From: Rebecca billardiae RCC1528
Lineage: Eukaryota > Protista > Haptophyta
Assembly: GCA_965240325.2 (NCBI GenBank)
Contig: OZ251226.1
Span: forward strand, 1,302,001 to 1,366,000
DNA length: 64,000 nt
Direction: 5' to 3'
Below are positions 1 through 12,743 of this stretch, one piece after another. The notes below the pieces were generated by a model, which saw only the letters and a program-made list of their open reading frames with translations, did no database searches and was not told the DNA's origin. Position numbers and translations under genes: made by a program. The stretch's first letter is position 1, and each line of letters opens with the position of its first letter.

Positions 1-929
1 GCTTACAAAGATTCAGTCGTGAGTTCCTGTTTGAGTTCACTCAGTTCACAGTGTAAGTTCACTGATCATCCGGTATAATAGTTGTAACTTGTATACCCAT
101 TACCCGTGCCACCCGCGTCCCATCCAGGAAGCCGGAACCCGCTGAGCCCGATTAGTCCCCGCTCGGACCCGGGGGCGGGGGCTGAGCGACTTTATTGTGC
201 TTGACCTGCGCTGGTTGAGACCTGTATATATGGCGAGATTGCTCGGGTCGAGATCATTGACGCAGGCGTTAATCTCGCTTGAGGCCTGCTCATGCTGGTC
301 GAGAACCAACCCGTCTCCGCAACCGTGAGTGCCAACCGTCGCCGATGGCGATGGTGATGCTAGCGCCGTCTGTAGGGGGTCCATGACAGCAGCCCACTGA
401 TTTGTGATTTTCGACAACCATGCGATTTAGGTGTCTGACGAGCGAGGCGCTTGCGAAGGCACCCACAAATATGTCCCGGAACCCAGCCCAGCCGTCAGAA
501 GCACGCAAAACCGACTCACCGCGTGCCGTCGCGCGGTCGTGCGCACGCGCCAGCTGCGCCACTGTGTCACATACAGATTCAGCCAAACGTCAACGACTTG
601 TTATGGCGGCTAAATGACGGTATATCGCCGAACTTACTTATTCATAACCGTTGCAACCCGCCCAAATAAAATTACGGCGGAATTGCTGATGTTTAGAAGG
701 CACGATGAGTGCGCGTAGAGGGCGAGGAAAAACTACTCCAAGATCGAGCATGTTACCCATTTAATTAGAGACACGTACCCGTATATATGCACATATCTAC
801 CCGCTTATTATATATAATGCGGGTGTGTTTTAAATATATATTCAGGGTGCTGTCAATATGAGGGTACCTTGTTCACTATTCGTGCTGGGTCATCCGAATA
901 GGCCGCGCCGCCGCGCGGAGACGGCGGGC

Positions 930-2400
930 TCATGCCACTCGAACCGTGCCGCAGCAGGCCCGGACGGACCTGATGCGGGCGGCGGGCTGCGTGCCGAAGC
1001 ACACTACCAAGCCCACCTCTGAGCATGCCACCATCCCCATAGTCGTGAGAGAGTCCTCCGCCATCGAGGCTTGCGTGCGCAGACTAGCAGTCGCCGCCGC
1101 CGAGCTTGCCGCGGTCCGTTCGGCGACTTCCGTGCCCGTGCTCTGTGTCACCGGCGTCGTCGCCGTTCGTCGTACCCTAGCCCACGCGAGGGCGTCACCG
1201 GTCCACCAGTACTGCGGCGGACTGCGCGCGCTTCGCCGCGCGCTCGCCCTCGAGCTCCGCCGCTCTCCTCTCGCGCTCGAACTCGGCGCAGTCGGCAGCC
1301 ATGGCAGCCCGCTCGGCCGCAGCTCGATCTGTGCCCCCGCTCGGTTGCGTTGGCGCGCAAGCTGGCGCGCGCAGCGTCGGCGACGGCGCGCGCGATCGCC
1401 TTGCGCGACGAGTTCAGCTCCACCTGCTACTCCGTCAGGCGCACCTGCTGCTCCAAGATGATCGCGTGCTCAGCAGGAGTCACGCGCTGCTCGTGCAGCT
1501 GCACCTGCACGCGGCCTGCTGCGGACGCGCGCGGCGCGCTGGCGTCGGGGGGCGAGTAGAGGTCGCGGAAGGGGCAGCTGTCGTCGCCGGCGCCCAGCGA
1601 CATGTCGTCGACATCCAGCTCCGCCTTCCTCTCCGCCGCCGACGCGCCCTGCTTCCGGCTCAGGATGCGCTCCATGTCCTCGTGCTTGCCCTTCCACCAC
1701 CTGTGCACGGTCATCAGCCAGATGCCGATCACCTCGAGCCGCGGCGAGTCGTGGCGCAACGAGATGCCGAGCGCATCCACGCAGACGAGCGTGAGCGCCT
1801 TGGGCTTCTTCGTCCGACCGTCGCGCGCGGTCTGGGCGCACGCAGGGGTGAACACTCTGACCAACGGCTTGTGCTTCTTCGAGTTCTCAAGCATGAGCTC
1901 CACGAGACCACGAGCGTGCGGAGGAGGTCGAGGAGCATGAAGTCGAGCACCGATGCGTACCGCGGGCGAGTGCCGGCCACGCGCCAGCTGGTCGAGGGCT
2001 GTAGCACGTGGATGGCGCGCGCCGCCACCGCCGTCTCCTCGAGCTGCTGCGCGCTGACGTTGACGTCAGGCCGTAGCTCGGGCCTGCACGGTTGCTCACA
2101 GTCGAGGCCGTCCGCGGAGGAGGCGAGCCCCTCGGCGGTGCCGGCAGGGACCTCGGGCGGGTCGCACACACCCATAGGCACGCGTGCATCATCATCTGCC
2201 GCGCCCTGGACCTCGTCATGCCCGGCACAGCGGTCCGCAAGTTGGTCGGCGGCAGCTGGCCCTTGCGGCAGAGGCGTCGCGGGCACGTCCGAGGGCGAGA
2301 TGGCAGCGACGGGTGGGGAAGGAGACAGTGTCCAGTCGTTGTCGATGCCCATCCCACCATATTGCGCATGTTCGTCTCCGTATTGCTCTCCTGCACGTGC
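930..2400 (-). pseudogene. Decayed ORF of unknown origin, possibly transposon-derived
   Basis: Coding-like ORF 1427-1903 (MELMLENSKKHKPLVRVF...) is interrupted by a single TAG at 1427-1429 and continues in frame (1148-1423). It appears frameshifted from upstream ORF 1729-2511. No family recognised. Confidence 0.3.
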
Positions 2401-2792
2401 TCCTAGGACGCGCTCCTTGGTCGCGAGCAGCACACGTCGAGCACGCAGATTCAAATGATGAAGCACGAGCGTCGTTTGGCCAGCGACTCCCAGCGAGAGC
2501 CCGGTCCACACGAACCGTGGCTACGTGTCCGTGTCCACCGAGTCGCTCGGCGAGGCGCCTGCGCCGATGTGGGCGCGCCCAATGGCGAGCGGACGGCCGT
2601 CGACGAGGGCCATCAGCCTTGCCGACCCCGTTCAGAGCTCCGCTCCCGCGCCGGGCCGAGCCGAGCGCGGATTTGGAATCTGCCGATCGCGAAAACACGC
2701 CGAACAAGTTCTGAAAAGGAAAAGAAAAGAAATCAAAACTCGATTTAATCAGATGGACCCCCTACCGTCTGGAAGTTTCATCATATTATGAC

Positions 2793-2909
2793 ACATGTAA
2801 TAAGGAGAAAAAATGCCTTATCGTCAAGGAGCTTTCCGCTTTCTAAAGCTCATTCAGGCCGGGCCAATAAGAATTTGCGAGATGACATGTAATACGGAGA
2901 AAAAATGCC

Positions 2910-2910
<1 letters not shown>
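2793..2910 (+). repeat. 26-bp direct repeat abutting the microsatellite, possible subterminal repeat of an element
   Basis: ACATGTAATAAGGAGAAAAAATGCCT (2793-2818) and ACATGTAATACGGAGAAAAAATGCCT (2885-2910), 1 mismatch. Confidence 0.75.
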
Positions 2911-3277
<367 letters not shown>

Positions 3278-3434
3278 CCGCGGTGCAGGGCGGAGCGCGC
3301 AGCGTGGAGCCCGCTCCGTGGGCCCTAACCACGTAAACGTTTCAAAAAGATCTTTGATCAAGAAAAAAGGGACGGGGGACGATTTTCATGGCTGGAGGAG
3401 ACCGAGTTTCGAATTTTGAGACCCTCTCCCAACC

Positions 3435-4171
3435 GGTCCAGACCTCAGGATTATCGGTAGATCTGCACGCCAGTGGGCGGCCCACTGGCGTGCAGATTTC
3501 GGGTTTCGTCAGGTTGGCGCGCGCTGGGGCGGACGCTCCCGCCGCCACCTCGCTCTCGCCTTCCGCCGCCAGGGCGAGGCCGCGCGAAGTCCAGTAGATC
3601 TTCCGATGGGACGCAGCGGGGCGGTAGCGAAGCGGTGAACTACTGTCGCTTGCGCGTGGCGCAGCGCTTCGCGCCCTCGCACCTCGACGGTCAGCTGCAG
3701 GCCCGCGAGAGCGCGAGCGTGCGCCGCCGCCACATTCAGCCAGAGCCATGCCGCGCCTTGCCTGCCGAGGCAGCAAAGAGGCACGCACGTGAAGCCGCTG
3801 GGCACCATGGCGCGCGCCCACGACCGTACTGTCACATGGCTCACGCCGTCCTGGGATGCGCGCCTCGGGTTGCGCTCAGCGCGCGCATACTTTGCGGGGA
3901 CGACAGCACGGCTGAAGCCGAGAGGCGGCGCACACGCCCGTGCGGGCTCAAGGCGCCGAGAAGATGGTCAGACGCGAGTTGCCCGGCTCAGGGCGGCGCA
4001 GAAAGGCCCTATGCCTCTGCCCGACCGCGTGCGCCATCGCCGCGTGCACGTCTACGACTGCGGCGGCGCGGCAGCGGGCGGCGCCTCGCGGCGGATGGCT
4101 GTGGCGGGCGCACGCGGCGGGTTTTGAATTTCTCTCATTTTCCGCGTTTCCCAAATCCTGAGGTCTGGACC
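3435..4171. mobile_element. MITE-like insert with perfect 18-bp terminal inverted repeats
   Basis: GGTCCAGACCTCAGGATT (3435-3452) / AATCCTGAGGTCTGGACC (4154-4171). No clear TSD. Confidence 0.55.
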
Positions 4172-7100
4172 CATTCTACAGTCCCCTCAACAATTGGTTA
4201 CCCTTGTGTCTAGCTGTCTATACCAGCTCAGTCACTGTTTGAGGCCCACTGCTGCATGCTATCTGTTACTGCACCTATAGCCCTCACAGACCAGGTGGGT
4301 ATGAGCTGGGCGGGTGTGTGGGCTGAGTCAGTCAGATAAATTGAATGCAGGTGCACAACCGGCTGACGGGTGCTGCGCGGGGGTGCTGGACCACCACGAG
4401 GGCAGGCTGGGATGCAGAAATTCACCCCCTGAGCAGGCTATGGGCTGGCTGGCTGGGAGTGTAGCAGCTGTATAGTGGGCCCTGGCGCTGCAGCTGGAAG
4501 TGGCCTTTGATACTGCCTAGCAGCCAGCCTAGCAGCACAGCCTGGCGTGAGCAGTGCGGTTTCAGTGCGCAGGCCACGTCTCTGCGGGTGGTGGTCGGGG
4601 AATGGCCACCACAGTGCACCAGATGCACCTAGCCTGCCAGCGGCCCACCTGCTGATTGGGTATGCCCTGTAGCACAGCACACGAGGCTCCGCCGAAAATC
4701 AGCGGCGCGCTGTGCTACAGGCTGGGCTGAAAGGGGTGTGGGAGCCAGTCGAGAGCCTGTCGGCCACTGTCACGTCCGAGCTGGCCGGCTTCACGTGCTG
4801 CCCAGAGGAGTCCTCCAATTGTCACTCACCCGGCTGAAGTCATGATGGGTGGGTGCAGCTCGACCGAATGGAGAGTGCTGGGGCCGCAGGTGCCCGTCAT
4901 GCAAGCCTAGGCGGCCAGGAGAAGGTGTGATGTGCAGGTGTGCTCTCCATAGGGTAATTTATTGTTGAGAGGACTGTATGATTTAACGACACAGGTAGGA
5001 CGACGCGGGTCTCCTGATTCGTCGGCCCGGTTGGACACGCATCACGGCCGAAAAAGGTCGCGCCCGGCCCTTTTGTATAGTCAGAGGAATCAACGAAACC
5101 CACGCCCAAGTGTGCCAGGCTGGGTAATTGTGGGTAGACTCTCGTTCATGTAGTGCGCCGCCGCAAGATGCCAAGAACGACCGTTGACGCTGCGTTCCTG
5201 AGCCCCAGCGCCAGAATTACGCGAGAATAAAGCCGCGCAATTGTTCACATACGAAGAATCGCATTTTCAGCGCACCCGCATCGGTTGGCGGTCTTCGATT
5301 GATGAGCGAACGAGCCCAAAGCCGTGCTATGCGGGCGAGGCAGATCGCGAGAGATTGCCACCGAGGGTTCAAGAGGCCAAGACGAGAGTGTGTCGCCGCC
5401 TCGCCGGTCGTCGGCGGGCGGCAGGGCTTCGAACGCAGCCCGGCCAGGCCAGGCCGCCAGAGAGTCTCTGCGACATTGGCGTGGCTGAGGAGCTCTCGCG
5501 CGGGTCCAGGGACATCAGCGCTCAGTGTCAGCCGCGTGCACACCTTCGTAGGTCCACATTGGGCGTCGCCCTTTGCTTGCACACGCACGTGCGCACCTGG
5601 TCCTCTTCTGCGGCTAATGCGCACTCCGCAATCATTGCTCCTGACGCTGATCGTGCAGGTGCGGGCGCGGGGGGGCGAGCCTGCCAGCAGTCGGCGTGCG
5701 ATGTACGGCGAGTCGCATGTTTCCTATTCGACCCCGATAGCGGCCACTCGAGCTCTTTCCTCGCCGTCGGACACTCTGTGCCCGCGCGCCTACAGAGGTC
5801 ACGGCCCAGATCCGCAGAAAGCTGCCGCCAGTTCACATCCTCACGTTGTGCCTTCGATCGGCTTGGCGTGCAGTGTCAACAAGCGGTGTGCAGTACTCGT
5901 AAGGTCACGCACCAGCTGCAAGCACACCTTCGGAGCCCCAGGCTGGCTCCGGGGGCTGCACGCGAGCGCACGCAATGCTGCTCGGGCAGTGACACGCTGC
6001 GCTGGGAGTCCGTGAGCGGGTCTCTACGCAGGCTCGATGGAGTACCGCTGTACCGCCCGTACCGCCTTGGCCGGCGCCCGCGGCTCGACTCGCTGACTAA
6101 CTCTGACAATCCAGTCGGCTCGACCGCTGCCAGTGCGCGGGCGCTCGTAATCTGCGACTCAGACTGGAGGCGTAGCCGGTTCAGCCGTCGGCGTGTTGCC
6201 GGCGCACGCCCGCCGGGCCCAGTCACTGCAACATTTACTACGGAGCCTCGGTACGTACCGGGCGCGGGGCTTTATAAGACTACTGCTCATCACTCGATAC
6301 TGCGGACCGTCCGCACTATTCACTAACGGGCACGCGGCTAAGGTTCCGTTGTCCGTCTGTCCGTGCGCGCGCAGCTGATGCTGACACTCAGACAGCCGTA
6401 ACCGTTTCGGTTTATAATATATATATATATATATATATATGCACTGAATACTGATGATGCAGCAGTCAGCACGCGGACCCAAGGTGAGTCGCGCTATACG
6501 CGGCATGCTGCGATAAGTGCATGATGACGACTATACCGTAGTGACGACCGTGTCTGTGATCGAATATCCTGACTCCGGCGGCACGTTTGAGTCGATGAGC
6601 GCTGCCACGGCCGCCGCGGCGCGAGCGGGTCGCCCCGAGCCGGCAGAGCAGCACCGCCACTGGTCCAGAGGGCAGCGGCACTGAGCCGTCGTGCTATGTG
6701 ACCCGGGGCCTTACCGTCTTAGGCCAGGCCTCGGCGTGGGCAGAGGCGGCCCAGGCCCTGTGGGCCGGCAGGCCCAGGCCCAGCGGCGAGCGAGTGTTGC
6801 TCGGAGCCGCGCCGTCCAGTGTCCGAGACAGCGCGTGGCCCGGTCAACGAGTGCGTCGTGACTGCGCCAGGCGCCGCGCCACGTCTGCGACACAGAGCCA
6901 AGCACTGCCACTGACGACTGCCGCCGTGCCGACGCATCCACACATCCAAGTCAGTAGGGCTTTGCCATGCCGCACGTACAACGGTGCCCACAGATGAGCG
7001 TGAGATCCTGTCTAATGAGCCATGAGCATCGACGTGTGATGCAGCACGTCCGGTGGCGGGTAGCTGCGGCACGCGGCGGCGGCGGTCATGAGGAGTATGC

Positions 7101-8406
7101 TCGTTGCCACCGACCGCAGTATCGCTGTAATCGCTGTGGCCCATCCTCTGCACTGCAGAGGTGAAGAGCGACTGAGCAAGCCATGCCGACTTGCCGCACC
7201 GTCGTGCAGCTGCCGGCACGCGCGCGCTGTCACGAGGGCACGGAGGCTGTCGAGAGCAGCGCGGTGGGCAGCATCGAAGACAACTCAAAGTGGGCCCGGG
7301 ATGCCCACCTGAGTGGTGGCTGAACCTTCAAATCGCGCCCTTCGATCACCAACTTGTCGGCGGCGCTGGCAAGTTGTCGGGCCACGCGCGGTGCCACGGA
7401 TGATGAACGGCGCAGGCGTGGCAGGCAGAAACAACAGGAGCTGCCGGGACTGCGTCGGCCGCGCCTGCCCGCAGTCGTATCGAGCGAGGCTACGCGCACT
7501 CAAACATCCCCTAGTCCGTGCACTAGCGTTGTTCGCCATCGACCTCGTACTAGTGTGCCGGGGAGGCGTCGCCTGTCGTCACTCGCTCGTAGATCGTGCG
7601 CCGACGAAGGGTCTAGGAGCGTTGAGGGCCTGCAGGATCAACCGATGGAGAGATGCTGCTGTGTATCCTCACAAAAGCGACGCTTCGGGGCAGATGTTCG
7701 AGAGATCGGACGATCAAGCGAAAGTCATAGGTTGCAATTTTGGGCCCACTACGGCGAGACTTACTCACGTCATTAACAGAAGGTTACCCGCTGCTCAACT
7801 TTCGGCCCCCTTCAGCGACGTCTCGACCAATGGCGCGCGTGGGAGGAAAGAAAGGTTCTCTGATCTCGCGTAATTCTGGCGCTGCGGCTCAGGAACGCAG
7901 CGCATAATAAATAGTCCAACCAACTCCAATAGTGCGAGACATTGAAAAATATCCGCCGCAGCTATCCGTATCGCTTGCCGCGCGCGGCGTGTCCGCCGCG
8001 TTTTGTACGCCAGTCAGTTGCGAGAGGCAAGACGAGGGGGCGAGCCACGAGCGACCGACTCGTCGCACTCGCGAGGGGACGGGGTGAGGACGGCGATGGC
8101 CCCGCGATGGGAGGTACGCGCGGCGAGTGGCGCCTGGTGCGCGCGGCTGCGGCGGGTCCCGACTGACGGGCGACATCGAGTTCGTGCCCCGCTCACTCCG
8201 CGCGCCCCCGCCGCCCCGTGTCGACTGCCTGCGCGTCCGCCGCGCGTCGGGCCGGCGCCTGCGCCGCGGCAGCCGCCCTGTATTCGGGCTCTCGCAAGCT
8301 CGGGGGCAGCGGCGCCAGCCGGCGCCTGATGCCGGACTGATCGATCTCTGAGTCTCCGACTTCACCACGCGCCGCCCTTGCCATGCCTGGTGCCCTCGCA
8401 CCTCGG

Positions 8407-8731
8407 CACCGTGCTCCCTCGGGCTGACAGCACCGCCGACCGCGTGGCCTGGCGTGCACGTAGAGTTGCGCTCATGCGTCGATCACGCCTCGCGCCCGCC
8501 TGTCGGCCGTCGCGCAGGCGCTGGTCGAACCCTACTCGGATCAGTGCAAATCATCTAACTATCCTGGCGCTGCCGGTGCGCGGTGACCCGCGGGACAGCG
8601 GTCAGTCAGCAGCAGCGGCCCGAACGAATCCGCGGCCCCGCACCGTGCTCCCTGGCTGTCAGCTTCGCGTGGCCTGGCGTGCACGTGGAGTCGCGCTCAT
8701 GCGTCGATCACGCCTCGTCGCATCCGCCTGT
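8407..8731 (+). repeat. ~95-bp imperfect direct repeat
   Basis: GCACCGTGCTCCCT...CGCGTGGCCTGGCGTGCACGT...GCGCTCATGCGTCGATCACGCCTCG at ~8407-8502 and ~8640-8731. Confidence 0.8.
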
Positions 8732-8929
8732 ACACAATCGGCGCCGCGCCGGCGGCTGCAAAGTGCGATGGGCCCGCGCCCGGCGCGGCGGGCGTCGGCG
8801 CGCCGCTGGAGTCTAGTTGTTACGGGCATGCAACTCCGGGTCTGTCAATAGACGACTGCGATGGAGGGTGCACCGCCACAGCGGGCCCTGAACTACGTTC
8901 GTTCTACGGAAAAGGACCGCGGAACGCGG

Positions 8930-9064
<135 letters not shown>

Positions 9065-9329
9065 CCCTCATGATTCAGCCGTCTGAACTGTTACCGTGCG
9101 TGACGCTAGACCTGATGCTAGCTGCATCATCATATGTGCGCAGGGCTTGCGGCCGCCTCACGTGGCGCGCCAGCGCCCGTCGTCGTCCTCGCCCCACCGT
9201 CGGCGTCGTCCACAAAACGTCGTCGTCCGAACTCACCACCCAGGCACCCACACTCCACAGTGCTGGCGAAAATAACATCCATATCAATAATGGCGGGGGC
9301 CGTTAATAAACTGCTGACGAGTGCTGAAT

Positions 9330-10041
9330 CAAGGGCGGTAAGGGCTGCGAACTCCCAGTGCCGCGAGTGAGAGGAGGTTGGGTGCGCGCCATGCCGCCAC
9401 GCGCTGCCGCACACGAGCTTGATCACGTTCCACGCGGCTGCTGAAAGGTGCTCGTCGAGCATTCCTCGGCCATCAGAAATGAGCTTGGATATTAGCGGCT
9501 GTGAGCGCATATCAGTGCGAGAAATACGACGACTTGGGGACTCTTGTGCCATCATAGGATGCCAGTCGTTCACACATCAGTGGTCTGCGCATGTCTATCG
9601 CGCTTTGCTGCCTTCCCATGATCGTCTCAACGTGAGCATGTTCAAACTTATTGGCATATTAGTGCACACTCGACAGCATGAAAACGCGGGCGCGCCGACC
9701 CATGCGGGCGTCAGCGCGGCGGCACGCGGCGGCATGGCGCGCGCCCATCATACGCGAGCCTCGCCCCGGGCGCACGCCCGACCCGCGCCGACCGCACCGC
9801 ACACCGCGCACGCGCCAGCGGCTGGCGCGTGGCCACACGGCTGGATGTTGGTGCGGCGCGCGGGCGCGGGCTGGCCTGAGGCACGGCGAGGGCGCCGGCG
9901 AGCGCGGCGCGCGGCGTGGGAGGGTACTACGTGCTGTCTAGCAGGCGACCAACCACGCGCGCCGTGTCCGCGCCCGCTGCCGCGGGCGCAGGAGCACGCG
10001 GCGTGCGCACCCCACGCGCCCTCCAGGGCGGCCTCCCAGGA
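9330..10041. mobile_element. Internally deleted, truncated copy of the 11641-12725 foldback element, in opposite orientation
   Basis: Starts CAAGGGCGGTAAGGGCTGCGAACTCCCAGTGCCGCG, closely matching the reverse complement of the 12725 end. 9385-10040 matches the reverse complement of ~11690-12330. Confidence 0.7.
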
Positions 10042-10065
10042 GAGTCACTATGGCGTCGTCGAGCG

Positions 10066-11241
10066 ATGGCGTCGTCACTCGTCAACTCGTGTGCTGGTGA
10101 TGGTGGTCGATGTCCGCGCACACGATCAGCTGATCGTGCTGTCCTGGCTGTGTGCTGCCTGCTTCCGATGGCATGGGCTGGAGACGACGCCGCACGGCTG
10201 CATCACGCCGGCGCCAGTGCCCCGACTCGCGTGGTCGCCACGCTCGGCACCATTCCGGGTCGGGACCCGTCAGACGCCATCGCGAGCCTCCTGGGGCAAC
10301 AGCCGGCCCTCGACGCCATCCACGTCACCCTGGGCGGGAGCTCGAAGTTCAATCTGACGACACCGCCGGAGCCGTCCGCCGCTTTGCTCGCCGCCGTCCG
10401 CGCTGGTCTCGGGCGCGTGCATCTCCACAGCCTCGAGCTCAGCGAGGACACCGGACCGGCAGACAAGTACCTGCGCACACTGCGCGTGGAGCGCGAGCCC
10501 ACGACGGTTGTGCTGGTCGTGGACGACGACCATAAATATGCGCCATCGTTTGCGAACGTGCTGGTAGACGAGCTCACGACGCGTGGACGTGGACATGCTG
10601 TCGGTGGCTCGGGCGCCGTCTTTGCAGACAACATTGCGCGACACCGCTTCTGCTTGGGGAGCACGAATCGTTCGTGCGCCGAGCAGATGACTCGGAAATG
10701 TGTGGACCCTGACAGCGGGACTACTGTGTATACACGCAGTCTGCGCGAGGGCTGTGCGCGCAGCGCAGAAGTGCTTCACGGCTTCTGCGGCATTGCATTC
10801 TGGCGCGGAGACATCAACGCGAGCCGGCTGGACGCGTTGGTGCGCGCGGTGCCTGGTGGGCCGCACAACTGGGACGACGACCTGCTCCTCGCGACCGAGA
10901 TGCTTCGCGCGGGTGTGCAACGGTGGACGGTGGGCGTGCCGGTCCCGGTTATCACACCTGCTGCATTCGTGCATCCACTCAGCAGCTCCACCGAGCATCG
11001 GTGTGCTGGGTTTGGGCGCACTTTTCGCTACGCGCTCAAAAACCAGTTCGGGGTGCGATGGCTGCAGCAGCACTGGCAGGCATGGACGCACGTGAATATG
11101 TCCACGCTGGCGGTTGGAGACGATGCCCTGGAGGAGCTCTTCACCACGTGCTTGTCTGACCTCGTTCTGCATGAACAGAAGCGTGCGCAACGCGCTGCAG
11201 AAAGGCGCGAACGCAAGCGCTCGGCGCGGCCACTTCTCTGA
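10066..11241 (+). CDS. GT-A fold (GT2-like) glycosyltransferase, paralogue 1, with N-terminal hydrophobic segment
   Basis: Motifs VVATLGTIPGR, SLLGQQ, DTGPADK, VLVVDDD (DxD), VLHGFCGI, DDDLLL, typical of a GT-A family seen in protists, bacteria and giant viruses. Intronless. Confidence 0.75.
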   Translation: MASSLVNSCAGDGGRCPRTRSADRAVLAVCCLLPMAWAGDDAARLHHAGASAPTRVVATLGTIPGRDPSDAIASLLGQQPALDAIHVTLGGSSKFNLTTPPEPSAALLAAVRAGLGRVHLHSLELSEDTGPADKYLRTLRVEREPTTVVLVVDDDHKYAPSFANVLVDELTTRGRGHAVGGSGAVFADNIARHRFCLGSTNRSCAEQMTRKCVDPDSGTTVYTRSLREGCARSAEVLHGFCGIAFWRGDINASRLDALVRAVPGGPHNWDDDLLLATEMLRAGVQRWTVGVPVPVITPAAFVHPLSSSTEHRCAGFGRTFRYALKNQFGVRWLQQHWQAWTHVNMSTLAVGDDALEELFTTCLSDLVLHEQKRAQRAAERRERKRSARPLL

Positions 11242-11640
11242 GTTCTCATCCAGTGCGGAGCGTTGCGCCAGCTGGACAAACGCGAAGGACCCAAGCTGCA
11301 GAAATCATGCGCATGTGGTGGGTAGTTTACACATATAGTGTCACAGATGACTTTATAATCGCGAGCCCCGCTCGCATTGGTTGTTCTGTAAGAACAAGCA
11401 TGCGAGCGGAGCGAGTTTTCCGGTAGGACACGCGAAGTCCGGTGATTCTTACAAGGTTGATGGCCTTCCAATAGGTATCCCGAGGAATACAGTTTAGTCA
11501 GATCCCAATTGGGGCCAACGGTTTTTCGTGCAATCTGTCAGTCAACTCCCCCAGCTACGTCCCCGGGAACAGCAAGAGATGTAGTGATGATGATGATTCA
11601 AAGGTCGGATCAAGGGTCCGGAGTGTCGGATCCCTCCTCG

Positions 11641-12725
11641 CAAGGGCTGCGAACTCTGCCGCGCCGGTGAGAGGAGGTTGGGTATCGATCTCCTGGGGCG
11701 CCGCCCTGGAGGGCGCGTGGGGTGCGCACGCCGCGTGCTCCTGCGCCCGCGGCAGCGGGCGCGGACACGGCGCGCGTGGTTGGTCGCATGCTAGACAGCA
11801 CGTAGTGCCCTCCCACGCCGCGCGCCGCGCTCGCCGGCGCCCTCGCCGTGCCTCAGGCCAGCCCGCGCCCGCGCGCCGCACCAAGAGCCAGCCGTGGCCA
11901 CGCGCCAGCCGCCAGCGCGCGCGCGGTGCGCGGTGCGGTCGGCGCGGGGCGGGCGCGCGCCCGGGGCGAGGCTCGTGTACGATCGGCGCGCGCCATGCCG
12001 CCACGCGCCGCCACGCTGGCGCCCGCATGGGTCGGCGCACGCGTTTTCATGCTGTCGAGTGTGCATTGGCCAAGTTTGAAAATGCTCATGTTGAGACGAT
12101 CACGGGAAGGCAGCGAAGCGCGATAGACATGCGCAGACCACTGATGTGTGAACGATTGGCATCCTATGATGGCGCAAGAGTCCCCAAGTCGTCGCATTCC
12201 TCGCACTGACGCGCTCACAGCCGCTTGTCCAAGCTCATTTCTGATGGCTGAGGAATGCTCGACGAGCACCCATCAGCAGCCGCGTGGAACGTGATCAAGC
12301 TCGTGTTCGGCGACGCGTGGCGGCATGGCGCGCGCCGATCGTACACGAGCCTCGCCCCGGGCGCGCGCCCGCCCCGCGCCGACCGCACCGCACACCGCGC
12401 GCGCGCCGGCGGCTGGCGCGTGGCTACAACTGGATCTTGGTGCGGCGCGCGGGCGCGGGCTGGCCTGAGGCACGGCGAGGGCGCCGGCGAGCGCGGCGCG
12501 CGGCGTGGGGGGGTACTACGTGCTGTCTAGCATGCGACCAACCACGCGCGCCGTGTCCGCGCCCGCTGCCGCGGGCGCAGGAGCACGCGGCGTGCGCACC
12601 CCACGCGCCCTCCAGGGCGGCGCCCCAGGAGACATAGCCGCTGCGCCGCGAGGGCGCACGAGTTGATCGATACCCAACCTCCTCTCACTCGCGGCACTGG
12701 GAGTTAGCAGCCCTGACCGCCCTTG
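11641..12725. mobile_element. Foldback-type non-autonomous element with long inverted arms and CAAGGG...CCCTTG ends (P/Galileo-like)
   Basis: Arms ~11641-12008 and ~12314-12725 are reverse complements, with one ~30-bp indel. Flanks CTCCTCG / CTCCACC may be a degenerate 7-bp TSD. Confidence 0.65.
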
Positions 12726-12743
12726 CTCCACCGGCTCGTTCCT

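Noticed and set aside
6719-7288. Walker A-like AARRCGKS in a minus-strand ORF
   Set aside because: No preceding hydrophobic strand or Walker B motif; likely chance.
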